A DNA stretch of 64,000 nt from Asterias rubens (GCF_902459465.1 NC_047079.1:6572001-6636000); one strand, 5' to 3'. Shown: positions 38,126 through 50,749, numbered from the stretch's first letter. Notes: a model not told the origin generated them from the letters alone. Numbers and translations: made by a program.

Positions 38126-39216
38126 CTACCATGGTCTCCACATAGGGTCATCGTCCCCTGACACTTCATAATTTGGATACACCCCCGCCAGTCGAATGGG
38201 ACGTCCTATCTGCTCTCGCGGTTTCTCGTGAGAGGCTAGTCTTGCTGGCGAGATTTCGGCATTAAATGGAAAAGAAATGGCGAGGGGTGGGGCTAGGATA
38301 GAGGGGGCGACAGCTCCAGGTCGTGGCGATATGAGCTGCGCAGCTGGTATAGGAATGGCAGTCCAGGCAACTTGTTGGCCATCTATTGCCGAAGATGGCG
38401 CTCCTGACGTCATTCTTGGGCTTGCCGTGGACGCAGGTGAGGGGCTGACGTCACAGGAGCGTTCTGCTGTTGCAGTTGCAGCAGGACTTGGCTTTTGGAA
38501 AGTGACAACACCGGGGAGGGAGGTGATAGCGTTTGCTTGTGGGGCGTAGACGGGGATTAGATGGGTAGGTACCTGGCCGCCAGGTAGCGACTGGCTAGGC
38601 AGGATTAGCGTGATCATCTCGTTGAACTTGGGCGGTTGTTGAGACGCCTTCGTCGGTAGGTTTTGAGCGACGATTACAGACTGCGTGTTTGCCCCTTTGG
38701 CGACCGGTGTGTCTGATTGGGATGAAGGAGTTGCGGGGAGTTTTTGGTCCTGCGTGATGGGTGCCTGACGGGGTGTGAACCCAGTCCTCGCCCCCTCCAC
38801 TTTGGGTGATGTGAGGAATGTTGAAACAGGTTGCCGCCCCACGACGGGTACTTTATGGGTTCTGCTCGGGGGTGGTGTGAGGAAGTTAGCATACGGTGAC
38901 TGGGCGGAGCTGACTTGGATTGGCGGACTGGGGCGAACCGTGGCTTCCAATCCATGTGAGGTCACCGGTGTAGGGGATAGCTGCACGTGATTGGTTCCTT
39001 GAGTCTGTGAATGGGAACCACCGGCAAATTTGATTGGTTGCTGTCCACGTTGCTGTTGTTGGGTGGTGCACAGCCCGGCGAGGTGGCCCAAGAGGCGGGC
39101 ACGTACCTCCGGGTTCTCGTCCATCGCCCCGCCGAGATAACGCGAGACTTCACCCATGCACTCTGCGAATCCCGTTCGGTACTTTGTGAGAACTGCTGGA
39201 TCGACATCTACGGAAG
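38126..39216 (-). CDS. Hes: Hes/hairy exon 4: Orange domain, long P/S/T/A-rich region, C-terminal WRPW
   Basis: ORF 38126-39247 contains the Orange domain (KYRTGFAECMGEVSRYL...RLLGHL) and ends MWRPW-stop (Groucho/TLE-binding motif). Acceptor tttatAG before 39216; phase fits exon 3. Confidence 0.97.
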
Positions 39217-40434
39217 CTATAAATAAATAAAATACGAAAAGAAACACATTTGATGAATCGATCGTTCACACAACCATCAATTGGACCCATTTATTGCCAG
39301 CTAATTTGAAATTGAATATTGATTTTAAACGCCGGAACCCAGAGTGTTGCTTCATCAAATTTAGATTAAGCTCATTGTATTGAAGCGATTCCCTTTTTGG
39401 CACTAGGGGGATAACAGTAAAACACCTGTCATCTTTGTGCACTCCAATTAACTTTTGGTGCTTAGTTCTTCTTCTTTTTGTTTGTGCCACTTTAGATGTT
39501 TTGGGATCTGGATCAATTTTATCTCCTGTTTTCTATTTCATGTTGTGTTGTATACGCTCCAATTTCTACTTGTTTTTTTTTTAGTTAACAATATTTGACC
39601 TGGTTTTATTCTCTCTGGGTTTTTTTGTGTTTTTTTTCCTTCCCCTAATTCGGCTCTTGGCCACGATGCAAAAGGTATATTTTTGTTGCTAGAATAAACG
39701 AACGAGGTAAAATGCTTCTTCTTTGTATAGCAAGAATAATCAATCAATTGAAATATACCGTGGGAACTTATTGAATTGCTTTGCTAAACTAAAAACTCGC
39801 GTTGGTCCAACATTTTGACTTAATATGGTTTCACTTTCATTTGGAGTCCGTGTTTACTGCTGCAGTTGCTACTGACAAAGGGCGTTGTTTTTGGCTTCTA
39901 TTCTCTCTCAATTGTCGTAGTTTCAACATGCTCACTCTCGAGGAGTTTTTGTGTTTGTTTATATCCTTCTTCAGCAGACAATGCTTGGAGCACTTTAAAA
40001 GCTGGAATTCTCAAGGCCTGCTCAGTTGAAGGTGTTCTGAGTGGTTTTTCACATTCGCAGTCACACCTCAGGTAAATTTAGATAAGCCTACTGTTTTTGT
40101 TTTGTGTCGACAGGCACGAATGCTTATTTATAGAGGCCCCTTTCGAACCTTGGGGCTCAGGCTTTTTATGGCAGGTTCAAAACAGACAGACAGAGCCTAA
40201 GTCGGAGGCCATTGTGAGTCGTTGTTTCGAAAACGGACACAGATTTATATCGCACGTCATCATATTCGTCGTGTTCCCTGACTGCAGTCAATTCAGAAAC
40301 ACTGATTCCCATTAGATATCATCGGAGTACTGTCTGTTTTATACATTATGCCTCGGTTTGGTTCAATTGATGTGAATGGGGAGAAAACAAGATGGCCATA
40401 CCATAATAGGGAACAAACGGATAATCCAACTTAC

Positions 40435-40522
40435 TTTTGACTTGTTGGCGCTGAACGTTTCTTAAGTATCGGACTGTCATTTCCAAGATGTCAGCTTTCT
40501 CCAGCTTGGAATGGCGGGGATT
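40435..40522 (-). CDS. Hes: Hes/hairy exon 3: loop and helix 2 ([29 protein letters not shown])
   Basis: [12 protein letters not shown] motif; tttacAG acceptor, GTAAGT donor; 88 nt ending in phase 1 as in Hes1. Confidence 0.96.
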
Positions 40523-41929
40523 CTGTAAAAAAAAAACACAAAAAAAAACCATAATATTTCATCAAATTGGGGATACAACTTTGATTTCAGTTTCCATATT
40601 TCCATCCTCAACACTTAAAATTTATAACGGTAAAAAGAACATGTAGGTATAAGGAAATTATCATAAGAAGTGCAGCTTAGGTTTAATGTTAAAGAAAAAA
40701 CATGCACAAATTTTCATTTACAAGGTTGCTTGAAAAAAATACACAAGTTGATTGTTCTGGGGTTTCAGAAAGAGTGGTAGAAGGGCCTTGATAATGTATT
40801 ATTATATTTTTCAAAGTAAATATTTGCTGGCTTTTTAGAACTTAGAAGTCTCAATTGTGGGTAAATTAAATTAATCGTCAAAAGAATGGTTCCAAGATAA
40901 AGCGAAAGCTTTTGGACAAATTAAAAACTGGATTGTAAAAAAATCCAGAATTTCATTGATTTGTTTATCTGAGACAAAATCATCAACTGTAAAGTTTTTA
41001 GGTGGTTTGGTTTGAAAAGGTCGATAATCTGCCGCTTAGAAAACAACCCCAGTGTCATTGCACAATCTATAAACGGGGAACTTTGGTACAGTCAGCGCAT
41101 GACAACTTTACAGAAGTGACGTGTCAACAACACCCCTCATGAATAATTCATGCTATTTGAACAGCCTGATGAATTATGCATGCAGCGTCGCGTTGTCATC
41201 ATGACCGTAAATAAAAATGATATCATCAAAAAGTTGCAAATCGGGCAGGTCTGCTCACGCCTGTTGTGTTTATTTACATAAACCCAGCTTAATGGCAGTA
41301 GGGATAATATAATCTACGCTCGCGACGAAAAGGTACAATAAAAAGGGAGAAGGAAATGAAATTAAGACGACAAAAGAATTATCAGATACTTGCGTAAGTC
41401 TCGCCAAAAGGAAATAATAATATGCGACATTGTATTTCCTTGTTTTCGTTGAATAACACTGAAGTGAGTGCCTTTATAGATGACATTTTAAAGTTTAGAT
41501 AAAGTTCTGGGTATAGAATTGGTGGTGAGAATTTACTTCTCCTCACTAAAAATCACATTTTTTGTTCATGAAATACGTATTGTAAAGACGTGAAAACAGC
41601 TTTGCTAACAAGGAGCGCTGAGTACTCAGTTTATGTTTAATTCTTTTTAACTTTTCAATTTCAACTCTTCGTATAAATTTGACTAATTCAGCCCTTAGCT
41701 GTGATGGTCTTTTTGTTTTTCAACAAAACATATCAAATCAAATCAAAGTTCTCCCTTGACTTTGTTAGATGTGTTTGAAGCAAGGACTCCGTTAACCCTT
41801 GATGTTTGGCGTTGGGCCAGTACAGTCATGTTTATTATTTTTAGAGTCCAAAGGTTTATTGTAATGGTATAAAGTCACACGTGGCATTGGATGAACTGAA
41901 TAATACATACATATATAAATGGGTTATTT

Positions 41930-42265
41930 ACCCAATGAGGGTGTTTTTATGTGCTTTTACAAATCTCATGGCTTCTGAAATCGTGAATTAGATATAAAAC
42001 TGGTGCCACAGACAAAATTAATAGTAACTTGAGTCAACTTTTATTCCACACAATGATGGTGCTTTTACATGCACTTCCAACAAATCTCAAATTTAACCTG
42101 AAATCTTTGATAGTGGAGTCGAGATAAATTTGTCATACAGACAAAAAAGTCAAGTGTTTCACCCTGTATTCAGCCAATGATGGTCGTTTTTACCTGTTTC
42201 CACAAATCCCACGGTTTTATCTAACTTTATTGCAGTGGAGATAAAATTGTTGTCACACAGACCAA
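41930..42265. repeat. Diverged tandem repeat (about 118-bp unit x3) in Hes intron 2
   Basis: Recurrent CAATGA(G/T)GGT...TTTTA...ACAAATC...GAGATAAA...CACAGAC(A/C)AA blocks. Confidence 0.6.
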
Positions 42266-42444
42266 CATTGTGTTTTAGTGACGTGATATATATTGGGTGA
42301 CTGCTCTGTCTTCTGACAACCCCATGTTCCGAAAAGGAAGTATTGGGGTTAGGGTTAGGGTACCAGTAAGGATTAGGAAATTTTAGGGGAACATTGGTGT
42401 GGAACCAACTTAGAATTGTTATATTTCTTGTATTTTAAACCTAC

Positions 42445-42540
42445 GTTTTTGTTCAGTCCATCAAGAACCAGCGACTTGAGTTGTAGTAGACTTTCATTTA
42501 TCCTAGCTCTTCGTCTCTTCTCCATAGCCGGCTTAGAGGC
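42445..42540 (-). CDS. Hes: Hes/hairy exon 2: basic region and helix 1 ([32 protein letters not shown])
   Basis: Unmistakable Hes bHLH motif; tttttgacAG acceptor and GTAGGT donor; 96 nt, the canonical Hes1-type exon 2 length. Not in the ORF track. Confidence 0.96.
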
Positions 42541-43311
42541 CTGTCAAAAATGTAAACAAGAAAACAACTTTTTAGTGGTTCATTTTTTTGTAGATCTCCA
42601 CTTCGACTGACATAGTAAATATTATGTTGTAAAGATGACATAGACTTTATGTGGTTAAACTGTAATGGATTCTCAAACAATAATTACAAAGAGCTTAAAG
42701 AGTTCATGGCTATATGAAAATATCACTTTAAAGCAACAACATTTCTTATTGATTGGATCATTGCAGAATGTATGTCTTTATTTCGACTGAAATGGTTAGA
42801 TCAAGATGGTAGATGACAATATAACAGGTCCCATTTTCTTGAAGATTACTTTTATGAGTCCACTGATATCTTAGGCTATACTTAAAAACTAACATCTTAA
42901 AGAGTTTGAAACGCAAATATCATTAGTTGTCAAGCGACAACAGTTTCTCTGAGACTGTCACCGTCTTAATTATGTAAAATAAGAAGCCCTCTTGAAACTG
43001 ATTCGAATCAAAACACAAGACCTTTAAGACCACCTACTTCTGGTTAAATCTCAGCCACATGACCCTTGACAATGTTGTAACAAAACTTACATATAAGTTG
43101 ATGATTCGATATATACAATCTAATCTCTTCAAGATATCGAAGATGGTCAAAGCATCGCATCAGATCCTCACGACCCAGACCCACGCCCCCTTTTTGTTTA
43201 CACCGACCGAGACAGTATTCTTTCCAAAAAATAATTCCAATCAACCATCCAATTAAATTACAATTATTTAATTATCTTAATTAACAATCTTCATTAATTA
43301 GATTTAATCAC

Positions 43312-43347
43312 CTTCATTGTTTGTTTCTCCGTTGGTGCGCTAGTCAT
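43312..43347 (-). CDS. Hes: Hes/hairy bHLH-O repressor, probable coding exon 1 (MTSAPTEKQTMK)
   Basis: ATG at 43347, 12 codons ending AAG|GTGATT donor in phase 0, matching the usual K|xSKP junction of Hes exon 1/2. I found no better K-ending donor between here and exon 2. Confidence 0.65.
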
Positions 43348-43439
43348 CCTTCTCCGCCACAACGATCGACCCCTGAGTATAGTGTATCGGAATGCTAGCC
43401 AAATGTCCCCGATTCGTTAATAAAGAAGGGGGCACACGT

Positions 43440-44310
43440 ATCGGCATGTATACATTGGTTAGATTACTGTGGGTTTAACAGCGACCTCTTCGTCATGTAA
43501 TCATCCACCACGCTTCGTTGGCTCGGTGACAGTTCGTGTGGGATTCTCTTCTACGCATCGGAATGGCTCGGGGTTTTTTCCTTTTCTTCTTTGGACTGAG
43601 GGGGAGACCTTCGCCGTAATACCTGGAGATGTTAGTCGTGTGAATCCACCGCTGGAAGATTTCCCACAGATCTCCCCGTCCACCAATAGACACGTCCGAA
43701 ACAATACCGTCTTGGGGAGGCCTTTTGTGGTAACCCCACTCTCGTGACCAAACTGACCGGATTGGCTGAAGTTAATGGCGGCCTTTGTTGAGAGGTGCAA
43801 GCCCATTGGCCGGTTAACGTGACGACGTCATCCAGGCATGGGGTAATTATCGCTGACAGTTGACCCGTTTCTTTTTCTTCTTTTTTTTCTTCTTTTTTTG
43901 CATCCGTGAGAAATGTGGCTGCCAATGTTAGCAGTATCGCACGTGCCGAGTCCTTCGGTTTATCACTAGGCAGCGAGCGTGTGGATAAACGTGGGAAAAC
44001 CACGCCCACAGACTACTAGACCCAGCACACACAGGTATATCAACCGCAGGTATGACTAGTAAACAAGTCAGTCACTGAAGTACGACGATCCCCCCCCCCC
44101 CCCAGGGTATGAGAAGGTATTGTTTGAAGGTAGCATACAGTACTACTCACAGGCTTTAACCCATGACGCGTCGACGACGGTGACAAGAGTGGCTGCCCTG
44201 GAATTTCAGAGCTTGCACCTCCGGGCCTCGGCGTAAATTACACCCGTAGCGCCGGCCGGTGCGAAAATAGCAACACACTGTATCAGAATGCGGACTATTT
44301 AAATACCGAT
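43440..44310 (-). promoter_or_regulatory. Hes proximal promoter / 5' regulatory region
   Basis: CCAAT boxes on the minus strand (near 43453, 43762, 43805), CRE-like GACGTCA near 43824, CSL sites CGTGAGAA 43905-43912, CGTGGGAA 43990-43997 and TTCCCACA near 43662, GCACGTGCC E-box near 43939, TATTTAAATA 44296-44305; CpG-rich. Confidence 0.6.
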
Positions 44311-44836
44311 ACTCTACGTACCGGTATTTTCTTTCAAAAAGGCGGGAATGGACAGGGGAAAAAATCTACTTTCTTGTTAGAGTGTAAGAATGGTTTGCCT
44401 TCTAGGCAAAGCGGTTTGTTTTCAATGCAGCAGTCGGTGTAGGCTACCATTTACAGCTGTTACTTTTTAAACTGAGACGCGGTAATACCAGGTCGCCTTG
44501 GTAACGGCACGCACGCACCGCCAGAAACGGGGATTTTCGGTTTTTTGAGTTAAGATTGGCTAATGATTGCCTTTTTCTCTCTGGTAATTATTAACTCGTT
44601 TTCGTGTCAGAGTTAATTTGGTCAAACTAGTCAAGAGTTGGGTTTTTTTCCGGGGGCTTTTTTTTTAAGTTCTTTCATTTTTATATTATATGATATTGGT
44701 TCAGTTTACTTGAATTTGCTGGAACTATTATTATCCTAGGATGAAATCGTTAAGACAACCACACTGATTGCAGTTAGCACTCAGGAAATACATTTTTGTG
44801 AGGTGACGGCATTCCCTTAAAAGTATCGTCATGACA

Positions 44837-44990
44837 GTCAGGTTGGCTCAGTTGTTTCTGACCCTGCCTTTCACCTCGGTGGACCCCGGTTCGATACCTG
44901 GACAGGAGCCTTGCATGTGGATTGGTTTTTCCAGTCCCTTACTGCGTGGGTTATCCTCCCACGTCTAATACTAAAAATTCTGCATTGTAC
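44837..44990 (+). mobile_element. tRNA-derived SINE (reverse copies 50973-51081 and about 61695-61775)
   Basis: A box TGGCTCAGTTG 44844-44854, B box GGTTCGATACC 44888-44898, shared body GGATTGGTTTT.CAGTCCCT...CTGCGTGGGTT.TCCTCCCACGTCT. Confidence 0.7.
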
Positions 44991-45268
44991 AAACGTTTGT
45001 GTGATGTTTCCAAATGGGATACTTTGCCGACAATATAAATTCAGTTTCAGTGTCAAACAAATGAACTTCAATTAATTTTCTGCTGATGTGCCTACATTCG
45101 AAAGGCCTGTACCTCGACCTAATGCTACATGTAAATAACTTATTTAAAATTCTGAATATAACAGGTTATGTTCTGAAATTGACTCGTTGCACTTTTTAAG
45201 AATTTCTTGGAGAAATATTTCAAATTGTTCTCTTTTTGAAAGAAGAAAACAAATCATTGTATGGTTCT

Positions 45269-45418
45269 NNNNNNNNNNNNNNNNNNNNNNNNNNNNNNNN
45301 NNNNNNNNNNNNNNNNNNNNNNNNNNNNNNNNNNNNNNNNNNNNNNNNNNNNNNNNNNNNNNNNNNNNNNNNNNNNNNNNNNNNNNNNNNNNNNNNNNNN
45401 NNNNNNNNNNNNNNNNNN
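45269..45418. other. Assembly gap (150 N)
   Basis: Run of N; true length unknown; lies between the Hes promoter and the candidate upstream enhancer. Confidence 0.99.
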
Positions 45419-46027
45419 TCATTGGTGGAACTACTCGTAGTTTAGTTCCTGTTTGTTATTCGAGTGCAGAAGTCAAGGTGGACATTCTTCCTGTCGGACA
45501 AAAATGGCGGAGAGCCAGCGAACAACACGTAGTCACTGGTGATTCTACTTTTTATTTCAATTACGGAATAAAGTGTCGCATAAACCATTAAATCCAACAT
45601 TGTTATATTTTTTTACTGCCCTTTTTTCAGTTCTGACTAAGATTGATTAAGATCGAATGGTACAATTATCACTTTTTGCAGTTTCAATTTCTTTCCCCCC
45701 CTTTCAAGCGCGCCACGGCTCATAAAACCTCCATTTATACATAGATCACAAACAAATGTTTCAGAAATTATTAACCTATAAGAATATTTGTTGTCCCCTC
45801 CACCTTCACAAATTCCAATCTGAAATCATAATCGCATTACTGTGAGAGCTCTATTGCTAGGCATTATTCTCACCGATTGAGAACGAAACACGCGCGGTAA
45901 GAAAAGGTGTGCCAGTGTGGTGATAAATAAGAAAACACAAATGATTTTTTTTTCTCCTTCTGTTTGAGGGGAAAAAATAAAAATTGACTCACTGAAAAAA
46001 GGGCACCGTGTGTGTGTGGGAACAGGT

Positions 46028-46218
46028 ACCCAGGTAGGTCCCACGCTTTTTTGAGGTCTATCGCTCTGTCGGCCAGGAGTCCTGGATCCAACAATGCGTA
46101 CCTTTGCCTCCACCGAGTTCTACCAGGTAGGTCCCACGCTTTTTTGAGGTCTATCGCTCTGTCGGCCAGGAGTCCTGAATCCAACAATGCGTACCTTTGC
46201 CTCCACCGAGTTTCTACC
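46028..46218. repeat. Tandem duplication, 93-bp unit x2
   Basis: CCAGGTAGGTCCCACGCTTTTTTGAGGTC... at 46030 and 46123; about two differences. Confidence 0.92.
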
Positions 46219-47764
46219 CATTGTTAAAGTATACAACACCTTCACGACTAAAAGATTTTTTTTGATGTGAAGAGAGAACAACAAAAATTGAAGTTCTTTC
46301 TTTTTGGGGATCAATTCACTCATTGAAAAAGTCAGTGGGTTTTTATAAAAACATTTTTTTTCTTTGACAATTCTTTTGATTTTTAAAGTTCTCCCACGGT
46401 CTGGTTTGGTATCACGTGAATTGCGGTCTCTCAAAGAATCAAAAACTAAACAAAACAATAAATGCAAACAACCTTGTTACAAAACAAATCAACAAAATCT
46501 GGCTCTCCAGTGACGAATAATATTTGGTGTTGATCATTTGATTAGATAAAAATGAGATTGATTGTGTTTGTTGATGACGTCATAACACGAAGTTTACCGC
46601 GAACAAACTCCCTTTTTGTTTTAATCTGTGGCCCTATCAATTGAAGTGTCCACCCACACAGTCTCCCAAAGGACATTCACAGGTCATGGATTAATTTATT
46701 TCTATTTTATTTTTTATTTCATGGATAAAATAATACACCGTCCAGAGAGGCCGTGCAAGGAAGGGAAACGGAGCAAACTGTCATCAACATTATAGTGTCA
46801 TAAAAAAAAACTGTCATCGAAAAATTACTGTCATCGAAAAATATTTATTTATACAAGATGAAATTGATGAAAAACTTCAAGTTTAGAGTCAAATAAAATG
46901 ATTTTAGCCTTCGAGAAAGACTCTGCTAGGCTAGGGTAGAAACGTCAGGCCATTAACTATTTTTACATATAACCTCGGTGCTTTTGGTTGTTAAGTTGTT
47001 TGCAGCAGCTAATTCTATTCTCTGAAATTGAATCAGTAACATTAACCCGACAGACTGTAATATTTAGCCCGAAACCACACCAACCGACCTTAAAACATTG
47101 ACAAGTTTAAAAACATTGACAACATTCGACATAATAAAGATTATTGCACATTCAAGACGGAAACAAAATATACAAATCTAGAAGCTGAGCATAAAACTCG
47201 TTTAAAATTCCATCGAGCGACTACCGTTTACCTGTACGTCCCGGGCATCCAAAGTGCTTAAATTTCCTCTATAATTGTCATTTAAGAATACATTAATTAT
47301 AACAACTGCGAATCGAAAGTAAAGTATTTTAGTAGATTTTGACTAGTGAACACCTTAATTTGGTTCCTTACAATTTTGAAGTTGGAACTAACAAACTTCA
47401 AGTTAACTTTTGTCAAAATGGATTTCGCATAAAAAGTAACTGTCGAATTGTTGCAATGAAATGCACTTTAAAGTCAAATAATATTGCATAATGCTGTTGA
47501 AACAGATCCCCTTTAGTTTTGTTTATAAGACAATGCCTTATGTTAAAGAATCAATTTGTTTTTATCCACGTAAGAATAACAGGTGTTGAAAGAAAAGCAG
47601 AACTTGTCAACCTCTCCCCTAAAAATGGGAGGGACATTTGTTTTGTTCGACTTCTATACTTTGAATAACGATGGCATAAAGATTAGCTTTTGTATACACA
47701 AAGGTAAAAAAAAAATCGTTTGTGTATTTTATGAGATGACTTGGCCACGGAATACTGGACGAAG

Positions 47765-48045
47765 GTGAGTTCCCACGGTACGAGGGTTTGTTCGAGCGGC
47801 TTATTAACGTGTGCACCTGCTATGCATCCAACCTACCCTATAGTCAATGCCTATTCACGGGCCACCTAGATTGCTCATGCGTGGCCCGCGCGCTTTGTTA
47901 TGCAAATCGTAGGTGAACCTGATTGGTTGGTTGCGCGCTTCATTAGAGAAAACAGCACCTGTATTTACCTGGCGACGAGAGTGGTGGTGTGAGTGTGTGT
48001 TGATGGTGACAAAGAGAAGACACGCGCCGCACGTGGGAACTAGAC
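47765..48045. promoter_or_regulatory. Candidate upstream Hes enhancer (CSL + Sox-Oct + E-boxes)
   Basis: TTCCCACG 47770-47777, CTTTGTTATGCAAAT 47893-47907, two CACCTG E-boxes, CACGCG near 48021, CACGTG overlapping CGTGGGAA 48032-48039; CpG-rich island in an AT-rich background. Confidence 0.55.
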
Positions 48046-50749
48046 CTCGCAGGCACAGCTCTGTGCTTGTACACTTTTGTTATTTACAGCGTAACGGAAT
48101 TTTAAGTATTTTACCGACAGTCACTCTCCCGATTGCCCCCCCATTTTTTGTCATGTTGTTCTTATTGCTTTATATAGGAACAAAGTTAGCGTTATCACGC
48201 TAAAACGCGTCATCATTCTTACACACCATCTCACAGAAAGGACATTATTCTTAAATTGTTAGGACAAACTTTTTGATATTTGTTACGTTCCGTGACGTTG
48301 GATTGAACTTGTACTTTTATATAATACGGAAAATTGACTTACTTAATACCTGGAACACGGTTAGGGACGGCAAGAAGTATCATTTGCCTCATGTAAATCA
48401 TCTTTGAAATCTCTTAAAGATACAACCGCTTGTTAATTGTTATCAACACCTTCTTCGAACAGTAAACATATTTTAATTTTCCCTTTCCTGACATTCTTAG
48501 AATCGGCATTTTTTTATTTATTATAGGCCACCCTTCTCATGTTCTGTCTTATCTCGTTTGAGGGACCACAATTAAGCTTTCCGGTAAATCTTTTTTTTAA
48601 TGCTAGGCTATAATATTTGTTTAAATTTTATTACATTGCTGCTTTGTAGAACCACTTAATTATGCGAAATTTCCAAAATGATAAAAGTTGAGTTAAAGTG
48701 TTATGGCTTTTACCATAGTTGCCCTCAGTAATCAGTGCAGGACAGCATTTTGAATCCAATGCTGATTTTTATTTGACTTGTTATTTTCCCGTCTGGTTTA
48801 CGGACATGCTCCGTCACGGCCACCGCCTCATCAAGGCCCAATGTTTCGTTTGACTGAGTTTATAAGAAAGTGACTAAACATGAGATGATGAAAGGAAAGT
48901 TATTTTATGAAAAGTTGAACACTGTTTCCCCCTTGATATGGCTGGCTTCGTGAAACCGTTCAGCCGTGTATCGTTTCAGATGGACACGCCCTGTGAAGAT
49001 TGTCTTATAAAAACAAACAAACAAACAAGGAAAGCAATTCATTTGCAGATTTTCAAAATACCTGTATGGTTTCATTGTTGTTACTTTGTAAGTATTGTGT
49101 AATAGAATGTCATTACAACTTGGGACAATCGCACTGCAACCTTTCCATTTCGACGTCAATGTAGAACAAAAATGATTGGCAAGAGCTCCGATGATCCAAC
49201 TATTTTTACTCAGTAAATTGAACAACAGACTGAGCAAATTAAGGCAAAGCGTACAAGCAAATAAGAATTGGACAGCTTGGGCTGTGAGAAAATGCCGCGC
49301 CAACCCCAAAATAATTATTGTGTATATTATTTTTAACCATTATGTATGCCTTAAGTGTGACTAAGTTTTTTTGAGCTTCAGTGTCTAATAACTTCCTTGA
49401 CGACAAAGAAAATAGCCATCGCTATTTAATCATGTGAATGGGTTAATACCATCATTTGGTGAAGCCATGAATGTACACCTCTAACCCAATCAGTGGACCC
49501 AAACTGAGGCTGTATGAGGTATATTTTACAAGCCTCATTTTCGATGATGAGCGACTGAAGTAGTTAAATTGTTGTCATGGCAACATGACAAAAGACTGAC
49601 GTAGCACGACGCCAAGGTCGGTGGTCAGCAAGCTGAAACACTTGACGTAGTATCTGGGGAGACTTCTTGACGTCGCTTTTATCATCTTCAAGAACCACCG
49701 GACTCTTACACAACCACTTATTAACCAGATTTCGTCCCCTGCTTGGATGGGCTTTAAGAACCCACTGATTCGTCCACTGAGCAGGGGCATTGTTGCGACC
49801 ACCTCATTGAGGTTGGTGAAGGCATGTTGACTTGAAGCCTTCACGAGGGGCTTTCTTCTCCTAACCGTCTCCCTAGGCATTGTCTGTGGATTCGGTTCCC
49901 ACGCTCTACCCGTGCGGCAGGTAACTTCACCTGAATTAATACTAGCCCTGGACCTATTGTTCTTGGGGCCTTGATTCCGTCGTAATGTCTTCCAGAGGTA
50001 TAATGTTTTGTTTGCGTGCCGGGCGGGACGCCTCGGAGCCCCCACTAGCAAGCAGTCCGCAAACAAGCTTTTTATTGAAGAGGTAGCCAGGAATAATAAC
50101 GAAGAAATCCTTGTAATTTTGAAGATCTGACAACAAGACGTTGGTTTTTTTCTCTGGCTTGTTTCCTTAGTCCTTGGAGCAAGGTAATGCCAGACTGGGC
50201 GCTTGAGGGCAGTCTTGGGAGGGTGAGAATTTTTGGTTCAGACGGTGGAACCTTGAGATGTTATGTTGACGCTCTAGTCGAAAACTCAAGTGTTGGTAGA
50301 GTCCTAAAGGTCTTTGTTCTAGAAGGTTCTATAGTTCTATGGTCTGTATCATAATTATACATTCATAAATACCTCAGACAATTTCGCTATTCCTATCGGT
50401 GGAGAGCACGTCACGTGGGTGTGTATAAACCTTTGTTTATGACCCGTAAAAAGTGTTGAAACATGGGCGTGACACGCGAGCTTGCACCTGTTTTTATAAG
50501 ACAGTTTCTTCATTCCTATTGGTCGAGAGCAACGGCCGGGACGTTGTGCCACATCACGCGATACGCGCGACGCGCACAGCATTCCCTTATAAGGAGTTGT
50601 TCACCCGAGGGCGGCGGTGGGGCCTTACCATTTCATAGCTGGAGGGGTGTTGTGTTGAAAGAAATCATTGAACAATTAAAAACAAATCATTGATTTTACT
50701 TTTTGACCAAAAGTGTTGATGTTTTTTGACCGAAAAGGTATTTATGAAA

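Noticed and set aside
39217-39247. N-terminus MFLFVFYLFIA of the 373-aa ORF
   Set aside because: This is the polypyrimidine tract and acceptor of Hes intron 3, not coding sequence.
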